Assembly: GCA_043750125.1 (NCBI GenBank)
Contig: JAYVCD010000094.1
Location: 1-26,291 of the forward strand
Source of the DNA: Archangiaceae bacterium
GTDB taxonomy: Bacteria; Myxococcota; Myxococcia; Myxococcales; Myxococcaceae
Length of the DNA: 26,291 nucleotides
Direction of reading: 5' to 3'
The notes below the pieces were generated by a model. That model searched no databases. It was not told the origin of the DNA and worked only from the letters and a program-made list of their open reading frames with translations. Position 1 is the stretch's first letter. Each line of letters opens with the position of its first letter. Made by a program: the position numbers and the translations under genes. Shown one piece after another: positions 17,507 through 25,963 of the stretch.

Positions 17507-19545
17507 GAGCCGCCGCAATTCTCACCGCCGTTCTGCTGTTCGGGTGCGAGCGCAGTCCCGAGACCGTGGTCGGAACGGCGGTGATGATCCGGGTGCAGTT
17601 CGATGGGGCCCTGAGCCCTTCCCAGCTGCGCTTGAGCGTCGCGGACCCCGGGGGCGTATTCTTCGGCCCGCGCGTCCGGCCTGAGACAGCCGGGGCGCCG
17701 CTGGGCTCAGAGCAGACGATGCGGGTGTTGCTGCCCGACGCGCGCGCGGGCGAGATCATCACGGTGCGGGTGGACGGACTGGTGGGAGCCAACGCGGTGG
17801 GTTCCGGAACAGGCACCGCGACCGTGATTCGGGGACGGGAAGTGATCGCCACTGTGGTGCTCACCGGACCGGCCGTCGACGCGGGCGGCTGCGACGCCAG
17901 CTCATGCCCCGAGGGCTGCTGCTCGCAAGGGGTTTGTCAGCCGCGCACGCTGCTCACCTGCGGCGCGCGGGCCTCGACGTGCGTGATGTGTGACGCCGCC
18001 AAGAGCGGCGAATGCGGAGCCACCGGCTTCTGCCAATGCGGAGCGGGGGTGCAATGCGGAACCGGGCAGCGCTGCGTCAGCGGAAGCTGCGTGTGTGACG
18101 CAACGTCCTGCCCCGGAGGGTGCTGCCTGGGGCAGACCTGCAATGCGATGTCGCTGTCGACCTGCGGAGCGGTGGGTGGCGCCTGCGCGTCGTGCAACAT
18201 CGACCGCAGTGACAGCTGCGAAAATGGAGGCTGCGGGTGTGGCCCGGGCGCAGCGTGCGGCGGAGGCCAGCGGTGCGTTGGCGGGCTTTGCGTCTGTGAC
18301 GCGACTTCGTGCCCGACCGGGTGCTGCCAGGGGAACAGCTGCAGCCCGCGGGCGCTGGTGAGCTGCGGCGCGCAAGGCGACTCGTGTGTGACGTGCGACT
18401 CGGGCAAAGCCAATGTCTGCTCGAGCACGGGCCAGTGCCGGTGCGGCCTCAACCCCGCGTGCGCCACGGGCCAGAGCTGCTCGGGCGGAGGCATCTGTAC
18501 CGGCGGTGCCTGCGACGCCACCACCTGCCCCAATGGTTGTTGCAAGGGCGCGGTGTGCACCGCGGCCTCTCTGGCCAACTGTGGCTCGGGAGGTTCGGCC
18601 TGCTCGTCGTGCAACCCCGCCACGTCCGATGCGTGCGCGGCGGGAGGCAACTGCCAGTGCGGATCAACCCCCTCGTGCGCCAGCGGCCAGCGCTGTGTCA
18701 GTGGCGCCTGCGTGTGTGATGCTTTGTCCTGTCCGACCGGCTGCTGCGCGGGGTTGGTGTGTACGGGTCAATCGCTTGGAACGTGCGGGGCTCCCGGGCT
18801 TGCCTGTCAGACCTGTAACCCGTCGACGGCGAGCTCGTGCACGGGGGGAACGTGCGGGTGCGGCACCGGCCGGGCCTGCGGCCCTGGAACCCGCTGCGTC
18901 AGCGACGCGTGCGTCTGCGATGCCACCTCGTGCGCGACCGGCTGCTGCTCGGGTGGCGCCTGCAACTATTCTCCATCGGTCGCGATGTGTGGGTTGGGCG
19001 GGTCGACCTGCTCGGCTTGCGACTCGAACACCGCGGACACCTGCGCGAGCGGAAGCTGCAAGTGCGGCGGGGGCAACCCCTGTCCGATTGGCGAAATGTG
19101 CGGCAGCGGGGGGAACTGCACCCCGATCACCTGCAACGTCACCACCTGCCCCAATGGGTGTTGTTCCGGCACCTGCAAGACGCCTTCATTCGCCGAATGT
19201 GGTGCCAACGGCGGCTCTTGCACGTCTTGCAATTCGAACCGGGCGGACAACTGTTCGAGCGAGGGCCACTGCCGCTGCGGAATGTATCCCTCGTGCGCGG
19301 GCCCCAACTGCGTAGGTGGAACCTGCTCGGGGGGATCCTGCAATTCGACCAACTGCCCCAATGGATGCTGTCTGAGCGGGGCGTGCACCACGCCCTCGCT
19401 CAATGACTGTGGTCACGGGGGCTCGGGGTGCGTGACGTGCAGCCCGACGCGTTCGGACCAATGCGCAGCCGATGGAGTGTGCCGATGCGGAACCGCGATT
19501 CAGTGCTCTCCCGGAAAGACGTGCGCCGCCGGGGCGTGTACCTGA
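17503..19545 (+). CDS. Cysteine-rich repeat lipoprotein
   Basis: GTGA overlap with the TPR gene; lipobox LLFGC; about 110 aa beta-rich domain followed by eight Cys-rich repeats. Confidence 0.88.
   Translation: MRAAAILTAVLLFGCERSPETVVGTAVMIRVQFDGALSPSQLRLSVADPGGVFFGPRVRPETAGAPLGSEQTMRVLLPDARAGEIITVRVDGLVGANAVGSGTGTATVIRGREVIATVVLTGPAVDAGGCDASSCPEGCCSQGVCQPRTLLTCGARASTCVMCDAAKSGECGATGFCQCGAGVQCGTGQRCVSGSCVCDATSCPGGCCLGQTCNAMSLSTCGAVGGACASCNIDRSDSCENGGCGCGPGAACGGGQRCVGGLCVCDATSCPTGCCQGNSCSPRALVSCGAQGDSCVTCDSGKANVCSSTGQCRCGLNPACATGQSCSGGGICTGGACDATTCPNGCCKGAVCTAASLANCGSGGSACSSCNPATSDACAAGGNCQCGSTPSCASGQRCVSGACVCDALSCPTGCCAGLVCTGQSLGTCGAPGLACQTCNPSTASSCTGGTCGCGTGRACGPGTRCVSDACVCDATSCATGCCSGGACNYSPSVAMCGLGGSTCSACDSNTADTCASGSCKCGGGNPCPIGEMCGSGGNCTPITCNVTTCPNGCCSGTCKTPSFAECGANGGSCTSCNSNRADNCSSEGHCRCGMYPSCAGPNCVGGTCSGGSCNSTNCPNGCCLSGACTTPSLNDCGHGGSGCVTCSPTRSDQCAADGVCRCGTAIQCSPGKTCAAGACT
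17890..19542 (+). repeat. Eight tandem coding repeats of about 67-72 aa with 14 Cys each
   Basis: Consensus C[DN]xxxCPxGCC-x3-4-C-x7-8-CG-x5-CxxC-x7-C-x4-5-CxCG-x4-C-x4-5-C-x4-5-C, read from the translation. The units are diverged at DNA level. Confidence 0.92.
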
Positions 19546-19669
19546 CGGGGTCCGGCTCGGGGCCTCAACTTCTTGAGGAGACCCTCAAAAACAGCGTCGG
19601 GAGCGGGCGGTCTTCTTGTGGGGTTTCGACGGGTTGAGACGGGTCCCCGCCTTGCGAAGGCGTCGCGGC

Positions 19670-20233
19670 ATGAAACGACTCTCTGTTGCCGTGTTGTTCG
19701 CCCTGGCGTGTGGTGGCACCCATCTTCCTCCCGACTGGAAAAAGAGCGGCGGGGGCCACGTGGTCGCGGCGCTGTCGTCGGTGACCCTGGCGGACGATTG
19801 CGGGGCGAACATCAAGGCGGCTGGCGCGGACATGGCGCCCTGCGCCGCGGGCACGATCTGTCCGAGCTTCTGCCGTCAGTCGAGCATGCAGCTTCAATTC
19901 GCGTCGACGGCCGCGACGGCGTCGAAGATCGAAATCCTGGCGGTGCGGGTCATCGACCCCACGAACTACAAAGTCCTCGAGAGCCTGTCTCACCGCGAAG
20001 CCAGGCAGTGGAGCAGCGAACAGTACGTCGCGTGGGACGAGCTGCTCGCGCCCAACGCGACGGTCAAGGCGACCGACAAGCTGTCGGCGCTCCCCCGGGG
20101 CTTGAATGCTTTTTCCGACACTTCGCGCATCGGGAGCCAGACGAAGTACCTGATCGAAGTGGATGTCGCGGTGGACGGCGAGCCGCGCACGTTGAGCATC
20201 GAGGCGTCCCGCGAGCCCGACATCGTCACCTGA
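19670..20233 (+). CDS. Hypothetical lipoprotein
   Basis: MKRLSVAVLFALAC lipoprotein signal; GC3-biased codons; four further Cys in LADDC..PC....ICPSFC. Confidence 0.78.
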   Translation: MKRLSVAVLFALACGGTHLPPDWKKSGGGHVVAALSSVTLADDCGANIKAAGADMAPCAAGTICPSFCRQSSMQLQFASTAATASKIEILAVRVIDPTNYKVLESLSHREARQWSSEQYVAWDELLAPNATVKATDKLSALPRGLNAFSDTSRIGSQTKYLIEVDVAVDGEPRTLSIEASREPDIVT

Positions 20234-21650
20234 CCAGGAAGTCGATCACCCGTTCGATCTTCTTGCCGTAGGGCGGGCTGAGCATCTTTCCGGTCTGGCT
20301 CAGCGCGCTCGAGATGTAGACGCCGCGGGCGTGAGAGAAGGTCTGGAAACCGGTGATGCCATGGTACGCGCCGGCGCCGCTCTCGCCGATGCCGCCGAAG
20401 GGCAGGTCTTCCTGGGCAAAGTGGAGCAGCGTGTCGTTGATGCAGGCGCCTCCCGAGACGGTGCGCTTGAGAACCTCGTCGGCCCGCCGGGAACTGTCGT
20501 CGAAGTAATAGAAGGCCAGCGGGCGCGGGTGGCTGTTGATGTACTCGAGCGCCTCGTCGATTGTCCGGTAGGTCTTCACCGGAAGAATCGGCCCGAAGAT
20601 TTCTTCTTTCATCACCCGCATCTGATCCGTCGCGCCAAACACCAGCGTCGGCGCGAACTTTCGGGACTTCACCTGCTCGGGCAGCACCAACAGCGGGTCG
20701 AGGCGGGCGCCCTGGGCCTGGGCGTCGGCGAGCAGGCCCTTGAGCCGCTCATAGGCGCGGGGGTTGGCGATCGACGAGTAGTCGGGGTTGTGGGCGAGGT
20801 CCGGGTAGAGGCGCGCGACGGCGGCTTTGAATTCTTCGCTGAAGCGCTGCTCACTGCCTTCCTTCAGCAGCACGTAGTCGGGCGCGATGCAGGTCTGGCC
20901 GGCGTTGAACAGCTTGCCTGCCGCGATGCGTTCGGCCGCCTTGGTCAGCGGATAGTCGGGGTGGATCAGGGTCGGAGATTTTCCGCCCAGCTCGAGGGTG
21001 GTCGAGGTGAGGTTGGCGGCTGCGGCCTGGGCGACCATTCGACCGACGTGGGTCGACCCGGTGAAGAGCAGGTGATCAAAGGGCAAGGTGGTGATTTCCC
21101 GCGCTACGTCCGGGCCGCCTTCCACGACCACCACTTCGTCGGCGCTGAACGTTTCGCGCACGGCGCGGGCGAGCGCCTCGGACGTGCGCGGGGTCAGCTC
21201 GGAAGGCTTGATCATCACCTTGTTGCCGGCGGCGAGCGCACCGGCCAGGGGCCCCAGCGCCAGGTCCACCGGGTAGTTCCAGGGAGCGATGATTCCCACC
21301 ACTCCCCGCGGCAGGTATTCGACGTAGGAGCTCGAGGGCAGAAACCACCACTTCGGGCGCACCGCGCGCTTCTGCATCCAGGCGCCGACCTGCTTGCGGG
21401 CTTCTTTCACCCCCATCATGGTCACCATCACGTCGGCCAGCAGCGTCTCGTGCCGTGAGCGCCCGAGGTAGTCGGCGTTGATCGCCTCGACGAAAGCTTC
21501 CTGGTTCGAGCGGAGCATGCCCTCGAGGCGCGTCAGCACATCTTCGCGCTGCGCCCGGGTGGGGAATGGGTTGAGCCGGTAGGCAGACCGCAGCCGCTCG
21601 AATGCCTGTTGGGTGGGGCTTGGGGAAAGGGCAGCGGCGGTTGAGCTCAT
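20226..21650 (-). CDS. Aldehyde dehydrogenase, coniferyl aldehyde dehydrogenase (CalB)/ALDH3-like
   Basis: PWNYP, KPSE.TP, FTGS, LELGGKSP, NAGQTCIAPDY, EEIFGP.LP and LPFGG.GESG.G.YHG. Start is ATG 21650 (alternative GTG 21659). There is an 8-bp convergent overlap with the neighbouring lipoprotein gene. Confidence 0.95.
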   Translation of the reverse strand: MSSTAAALSPSPTQQAFERLRSAYRLNPFPTRAQREDVLTRLEGMLRSNQEAFVEAINADYLGRSRHETLLADVMVTMMGVKEARKQVGAWMQKRAVRPKWWFLPSSSYVEYLPRGVVGIIAPWNYPVDLALGPLAGALAAGNKVMIKPSELTPRTSEALARAVRETFSADEVVVVEGGPDVAREITTLPFDHLLFTGSTHVGRMVAQAAAANLTSTTLELGGKSPTLIHPDYPLTKAAERIAAGKLFNAGQTCIAPDYVLLKEGSEQRFSEEFKAAVARLYPDLAHNPDYSSIANPRAYERLKGLLADAQAQGARLDPLLVLPEQVKSRKFAPTLVFGATDQMRVMKEEIFGPILPVKTYRTIDEALEYINSHPRPLAFYYFDDSSRRADEVLKRTVSGGACINDTLLHFAQEDLPFGGIGESGAGAYHGITGFQTFSHARGVYISSALSQTGKMLSPPYGKKIERVIDFLVR

Positions 21651-21747
21651 GACGGGCACCCTACCTTTCCATCGACTTGATTGGTTGACGTCTGCTCTTC
21701 AGTCGGAAAGGGTCCGGCCGCAATTTCCACCTCCTCAAGGAGTCGTC

Positions 21748-22428
21748 ATGAAGGTTCGTTACTCGCTGCTTCTCGCGTCGATCGCGCTGTTTTCTACCGG
21801 CTGTGCCAGCAAGTACTTCATCCAGAAGGACGCCTATTCGGGCGTGAAGAAAGTCGCTCTCGTCCAGCACGTGATCAACCCGCGCATGCTGCTGGGCACC
21901 GCGAATTCGGAAGAGGCCAAGACCGGCACCGCCGAGAAAGACTTCGAAGTGCTGAGCAAAGAAATGGCTTCTTCCTACGCGGTCACTCCGCTGGCCGAGA
22001 TGGTCGCCAACCCGGCGTACACGGGCGCAGGCGGCAAGACTGCGTGGGAAGGGTACTACTCGGCGAAGGGCGCGGCGTTTTTCTCGGCCGACGAAGACAC
22101 GCTGAAGGCAGCCACCATCCCCGCTGAGACGGCGAAGAAGCTGTGCGAAGGGCTCGGCGTGGACGCGGTGGCAGTGATCTACGAGAGCTGGGACGTAGAC
22201 CCCTACGCGCTCGGCTTCCGTGCTCACTCGAAGAATGGCTACATCATCAACATGTTCGACAAGAACGGGACCAAGGTCTGGGGCGACGTGGTCTGGGGGA
22301 CCTCAGAAGAAGGAATGCCGATGGCGGCGGGCGTGATCGCCACAGACGTTCCGACCTACGTCCTCAACAACACCCAGGCGTTCACGGTGGCGTTGCAGGA
22401 AGCGAACAAGCACATCTCGGGTAAGTAA
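21748..22428 (+). CDS. Hypothetical lipoprotein (possibly CsgG/LpoB-like alpha/beta fold)
   Basis: AAGGAG Shine-Dalgarno; lipobox STGC; KKVALV...LCEGLGVDAV...MFDKNG.KVW pattern; strong codon bias. Confidence 0.8.
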   Translation: MKVRYSLLLASIALFSTGCASKYFIQKDAYSGVKKVALVQHVINPRMLLGTANSEEAKTGTAEKDFEVLSKEMASSYAVTPLAEMVANPAYTGAGGKTAWEGYYSAKGAAFFSADEDTLKAATIPAETAKKLCEGLGVDAVAVIYESWDVDPYALGFRAHSKNGYIINMFDKNGTKVWGDVVWGTSEEGMPMAAGVIATDVPTYVLNNTQAFTVALQEANKHISGK

Positions 22429-22446
22429 TTTCGTCGCGTCCTGAAG

Positions 22447-22470
22447 GGCGCCGGCCGACCGGTCGGCGCC
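22447..22470. terminator. GC-rich hairpin between convergent genes, possible terminator
   Basis: GGCGCCGGCC-GACC-GGTCGGCGCC forms a 10-bp stem with one G-U pair, 18 bp after the lipoprotein stop. There is no U-tract. Confidence 0.5.
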
Positions 22471-22531
22471 TGCAGCAGCAGGGTTGAACGAGGCGAAACG
22501 TCTCAGCGAGGCACAAAGCCTCCGGCCGCCG

Positions 22532-23437
22532 TCAGGCCGCGACGCTGGCCAGCTCAGGTCGAACCGGGTGTTCTACCAGCGCCGGAAGCAGCACTTTGAC
22601 CGCGCTGGGCACCACGTGAATGTCGACGAAGGCCGAAGGGTGACGCAGCTTCCCGTCGACGCGCAGCTTTCGATCGCCCATCGAGAACCGCACGTGCCGG
22701 GCGCGCTTCACGTGCAGCTCGGGCGCAGTGGGAGTTTCATCGCGGCGCAGCGCTTCCATGTATTCGAGCAGCTTGGGACGATCTTCGGGAGTGGCGAGCA
22801 CCACGTCGAAGGCTCCGTCTGAAGGGTCGGCACTGCGTCCGAGGTGGAGATTGGGCCCGAGCATCCCGGCGTTCATCACGTCGATCATCACGTAGTCGCC
22901 TGAAAAATTGTGCCCGTCGATCGCAAGGTCCCAGTGACGGGCCTCGTACTTTCCCAGAAAGTTGGTGAGGACGTCGCGGGCGCGGCTGGGGGTCTTGTCG
23001 CCCTCGGCGATCGCCTCGCTCAGCGCTTCGCAGAACCAGCCGACCCCTGCGCTTTCACAGAAGTACTTCACTCCCCAGCTGCCGACCGCGCGCCCGAGAT
23101 CCAGGCTGCGCAAGCGGGGGCGAGTCAACGAGGCAATCAAGGTCTTCAAGTCGCGCGTCACCCCGAGCGTCTGGGCCAGATTGTTGGCGGTGCCCAGCGG
23201 GAGCACCACCATCGGCAGCTCGGAATTGAGCAGCCTTCGGGCGACGCTGAGAATCGTGCCATCGCCGCCGGCGGCAATCACCACCTCGCAAGATTCGCGA
23301 AAAGCAGGGGTGAGCAGCAGGTCGAGATGAGTCACTTCGGTGACCTCGTGCCCTGCATATTCGAGCTCCCCCAGAAGCTCTTCCCGAGACAAAAAGCCGC
23401 ACCCCGCTTTCTCGTTGTGCACCACAGTCACTCGCAT
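22532..23437 (-). CDS. Diacylglycerol/lipid kinase family protein (DAGK catalytic domain, YegS/BmrU-like)
   Basis: HNEKAG, VIAAGGDGT, LPLGTANNLA, LDLG, ESAGVG, ADPSDG.FDV and VDG. Confidence 0.92.
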   Translation of the reverse strand: MRVTVVHNEKAGCGFLSREELLGELEYAGHEVTEVTHLDLLLTPAFRESCEVVIAAGGDGTILSVARRLLNSELPMVVLPLGTANNLAQTLGVTRDLKTLIASLTRPRLRSLDLGRAVGSWGVKYFCESAGVGWFCEALSEAIAEGDKTPSRARDVLTNFLGKYEARHWDLAIDGHNFSGDYVMIDVMNAGMLGPNLHLGRSADPSDGAFDVVLATPEDRPKLLEYMEALRRDETPTAPELHVKRARHVRFSMGDRKLRVDGKLRHPSAFVDIHVVPSAVKVLLPALVEHPVRPELASVAA

Positions 23438-23484
23438 GGGCCCGACTCCTTGTCCTTTCAGCTACTGACGCAATGCGCATGCCG

Positions 23485-23500
23485 TGGCATCGATCCTGCT
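23485..23500 (+). promoter_or_regulatory. Putative sigma54 (-24/-12) promoter of surE
   Basis: TGGCAT-CGATC-CTGCT matches TGGCAC-N5-TTGCW with exact GG-N10-GC spacing. The predicted +1 lies near 23511, just before ATG 23514. Confidence 0.55.
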
Positions 23501-23513
23501 CGGTTTGACGGGC

Positions 23514-24416
23514 ATGCGAATCCTCGTGGCGAACGACGACGGCGTGTTCAGTCCCGGACTGCAGGTGCTGGCGGAGGTGGCGTCGAGCTTCGGTGAAGTG
23601 CGCATCGTCGCTCCAGATGTCGAACAGTCTTCGGTGGGGCATGCGATTACGGCGACCCGACCGTTGAGCTACCGCCCCACCCGCATTGGTCGATTCAACG
23701 GTTGGAGGGTCAATGGCACTCCTGCCGATTGCATTGCTCTGGGGATTCATCACTGGGCCCACGTCGACGCGGTGCTGAGCGGCATCAACCAGGGTCTGAA
23801 CCTGGGGCATGCGATGTGGCATTCGGGCACGCTTGCGGCGGCAAAGCAGGCCGCGCTGTTCGGAGTGCGGGGAATCGCGATGAGCGCGGGCGCCCTCGAG
23901 ACGGCCGAGGAATACGACGCGCTGAAGCCGTGGGCTGCCGCGGTGCTGCGAACGCTGCTGTCGAGCAAGAACCAATCGCTGCTGAACAACGTCAATTTTC
24001 CGGCGAAGCCCCGCGGCATTCGGTGGACGCGGCAGTCGGTGCGTCAGTACGACGGGAAGGTGGTGCCGGGCACGGCGCCCTCGGGACGGGTGCATTTCTG
24101 GTTCACCGCCGTGCCGATTCTGGGCGTGGAGGAAGGCACCGACCGTTGGGCCTTCAGCGAGAACTACGTTTCGGTAACCCCGCTGCGGCTCGACCTGACC
24201 GACGAGAAAGCGCTCAGCCATGCGCAGCAGGACCTGCCTTTCGAGGACTCTCAAATTCCCAGAATCGCCAGCCCGTCTTCGGGCAGCGAAACGGAATCGG
24301 ACGACGTCATCGAGACCCCGGTGTCGACCAATGACCTCCAGGAAGGCCCGGGAGGCAGCGAGACGACGCCCGACGCCCCGAGGTTCAGCGCCACGATGAA
24401 GTTGCCCCGCTCGTAG
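23514..24416 (+). CDS. surE: 5'/3'-nucleotidase SurE
   Basis: MRILVANDDG, VAP..EQS..GHAIT, VNGTPADC, SGIN.G.N.G, SGT, NVNFP and VSVTPL. The C-terminal tail overlaps treZ antisense. Confidence 0.95.
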   Translation: MRILVANDDGVFSPGLQVLAEVASSFGEVRIVAPDVEQSSVGHAITATRPLSYRPTRIGRFNGWRVNGTPADCIALGIHHWAHVDAVLSGINQGLNLGHAMWHSGTLAAAKQAALFGVRGIAMSAGALETAEEYDALKPWAAAVLRTLLSSKNQSLLNNVNFPAKPRGIRWTRQSVRQYDGKVVPGTAPSGRVHFWFTAVPILGVEEGTDRWAFSENYVSVTPLRLDLTDEKALSHAQQDLPFEDSQIPRIASPSSGSETESDDVIETPVSTNDLQEGPGGSETTPDAPRFSATMKLPRS

Positions 24417-25963
24417 AGCAGCGTCTGGCGTTCCTCGTCGACCCGACATCGGCCGGGTCGGTGGCTCATCAACAAAGGCGAGCTGCGGCGCAAGGCGAGC
24501 AACGCGCGGGTGAACTCGAGCACCTGGGCGTGGGGCGCACGGTCCCGCTCGTTCCAGTCGAGCTTGCTGCGGAAGAAGGTCGTCGGGTCCTGAGGATCTG
24601 GACTGGCCTGGGTAAAGCCCTGGGTGGCCAGCTCGCGCTTGCGTCCCTCAGTGGTCGCGCGGGCCACTTCGGGGTCCCGATGGTCGGTGAAGAACAAGAA
24701 CGGCGACGAGGCGGCCCACTCTTCGCCCATGAACAACATCGGAGTGAACGGAGACATCAGCACCAGGGCCAGCGCGGCCTTGGCGCGCGCAATTCCCGCG
24801 GCGTGCGACAGCCGCCTGCCGGTCGCATCGTTGCCGACCTGGTCGTGGGTCTGGGCGTACCCCAGCAGCCGATGCAGCGGCACGTCGCCCAGCGGAAGAC
24901 CGTGGGCGCGCTCGCGGTGGCCCGAGTGCTGTCCCTGAAAGACAAAGCCTTGCTCGAGGGCGCGGGCGAGCAGGCGCAGCGGGTTGGGGTGGAAGTCCGC
25001 GTAGTAGCCATGGGCTTCGCCGGTGAGAGTGGCGCGCAGGGCGTGGTGAAGGTCATCGCTCCATTGGGCATCCATTCCATAGCCGAGCTCCGCGCGACGG
25101 CGAATGACCACCGGGTCATTGAGGTCGCTCTCGGCGATCAACACCTTGCGGCCCGAGGCTTCGACTTCTGCGGCCAGCTGCGTCAGCAGGTGCACCGGCG
25201 AGTCGTCCACCAGCGCATGCACCGCATCGAGCCGCAGCCCATCGAAGTGGTAGTGGTCGAGCCAGTGGAAGGCGTTGTCGAGGAAGAAGCGCCGCACCGG
25301 TTGGCTCTGCGCACCGTCGAGGTTCACCACCGCGCCGCCCCACGGGGTGTGCCGGTCGGGGTGGAAGTACGGCCCGAAGTGTCCGAGGTAATTTCCAATC
25401 GGGCCGAGGTGATTGAAGACCACGTCGAGCACCATGTTCAGGCCGAGGGCATGGGCGGCATCGACCAGGCGCTTGAGCCCGTCGACTCCGCCATAGGCGC
25501 GGTGCGGAGCAAAAAGCGCTGCCCCGTCGTAGCCCCACCCGTGTTCTCCCGAGAAAGTCGCCACGGGCATCAGCTCGACGTGGGTGATGCCCAGGTGTTT
25601 GAGCGCGGGCAAGCGCGCCGCGGCGGCGTCGAAGGTCCCTTCGCGGGTGAAGGTGCCGACGTGCAGCTCGTACAACACCGCGCCTTCCAACCCTGCGGGG
25701 CGGTGCGCCTGGTCCGTCCACGCAAAGCGCGCGTGGTCGACGGTGAAGCAGGGGCCATGCACCGAAGCCACGTCGGCGGCGCGGGGGTCGGGAATGGGAT
25801 CTGCGTCGTCCAGCCGCAGAAGGTAGGGGCCGACCACCGCGGCGATGTCGATTTGAAACAGGCCGTCGGGGCGCTCGACCAGCAGCAGGCGGCGGCCGGT
25901 GTCGCACAGCTCGACTTCGACCTTCCGAGCCCGAGGGGCCCAGACTTCGAGCAACGCTTTCAC
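24251..25963 (-). CDS. treZ: Malto-oligosyltrehalose trehalohydrolase (GH13)
   Basis: VWAP, YELHVGTFT.EGTF, ELMPV..F.G..GWGYDG, DVVFNHLGP.GNYL, TPWG, DGLRLDAVH, IAESD, QWSDD.HH, HDQVGN and PMLFMGEEW. Confidence 0.96.
   Translation of the reverse strand: MKALLEVWAPRARKVEVELCDTGRRLLLVERPDGLFQIDIAAVVGPYLLRLDDADPIPDPRAADVASVHGPCFTVDHARFAWTDQAHRPAGLEGAVLYELHVGTFTREGTFDAAAARLPALKHLGITHVELMPVATFSGEHGWGYDGAALFAPHRAYGGVDGLKRLVDAAHALGLNMVLDVVFNHLGPIGNYLGHFGPYFHPDRHTPWGGAVVNLDGAQSQPVRRFFLDNAFHWLDHYHFDGLRLDAVHALVDDSPVHLLTQLAAEVEASGRKVLIAESDLNDPVVIRRRAELGYGMDAQWSDDLHHALRATLTGEAHGYYADFHPNPLRLLARALEQGFVFQGQHSGHRERAHGLPLGDVPLHRLLGYAQTHDQVGNDATGRRLSHAAGIARAKAALALVLMSPFTPMLFMGEEWAASSPFLFFTDHRDPEVARATTEGRKRELATQGFTQASPDPQDPTTFFRSKLDWNERDRAPHAQVLEFTRALLALRRSSPLLMSHRPGRCRVDEERQTLLYERGNFIVALNLGASGVVSLPPGPSWRSLVDTGVSMTSSDSVSLPEDGLAILGI

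Noticed and set aside
17890-19542. CRISPR array or DNA-level tandem repeat
   Set aside because: The repeats are conserved only at protein level, with no identical direct repeats or spacers and no cas genes.
20226-21650. Assigning calB and lignin-monomer catabolism
   Set aside because: Family membership is clear, but the substrate cannot be read from sequence and no ferulate/eugenol pathway genes are nearby.
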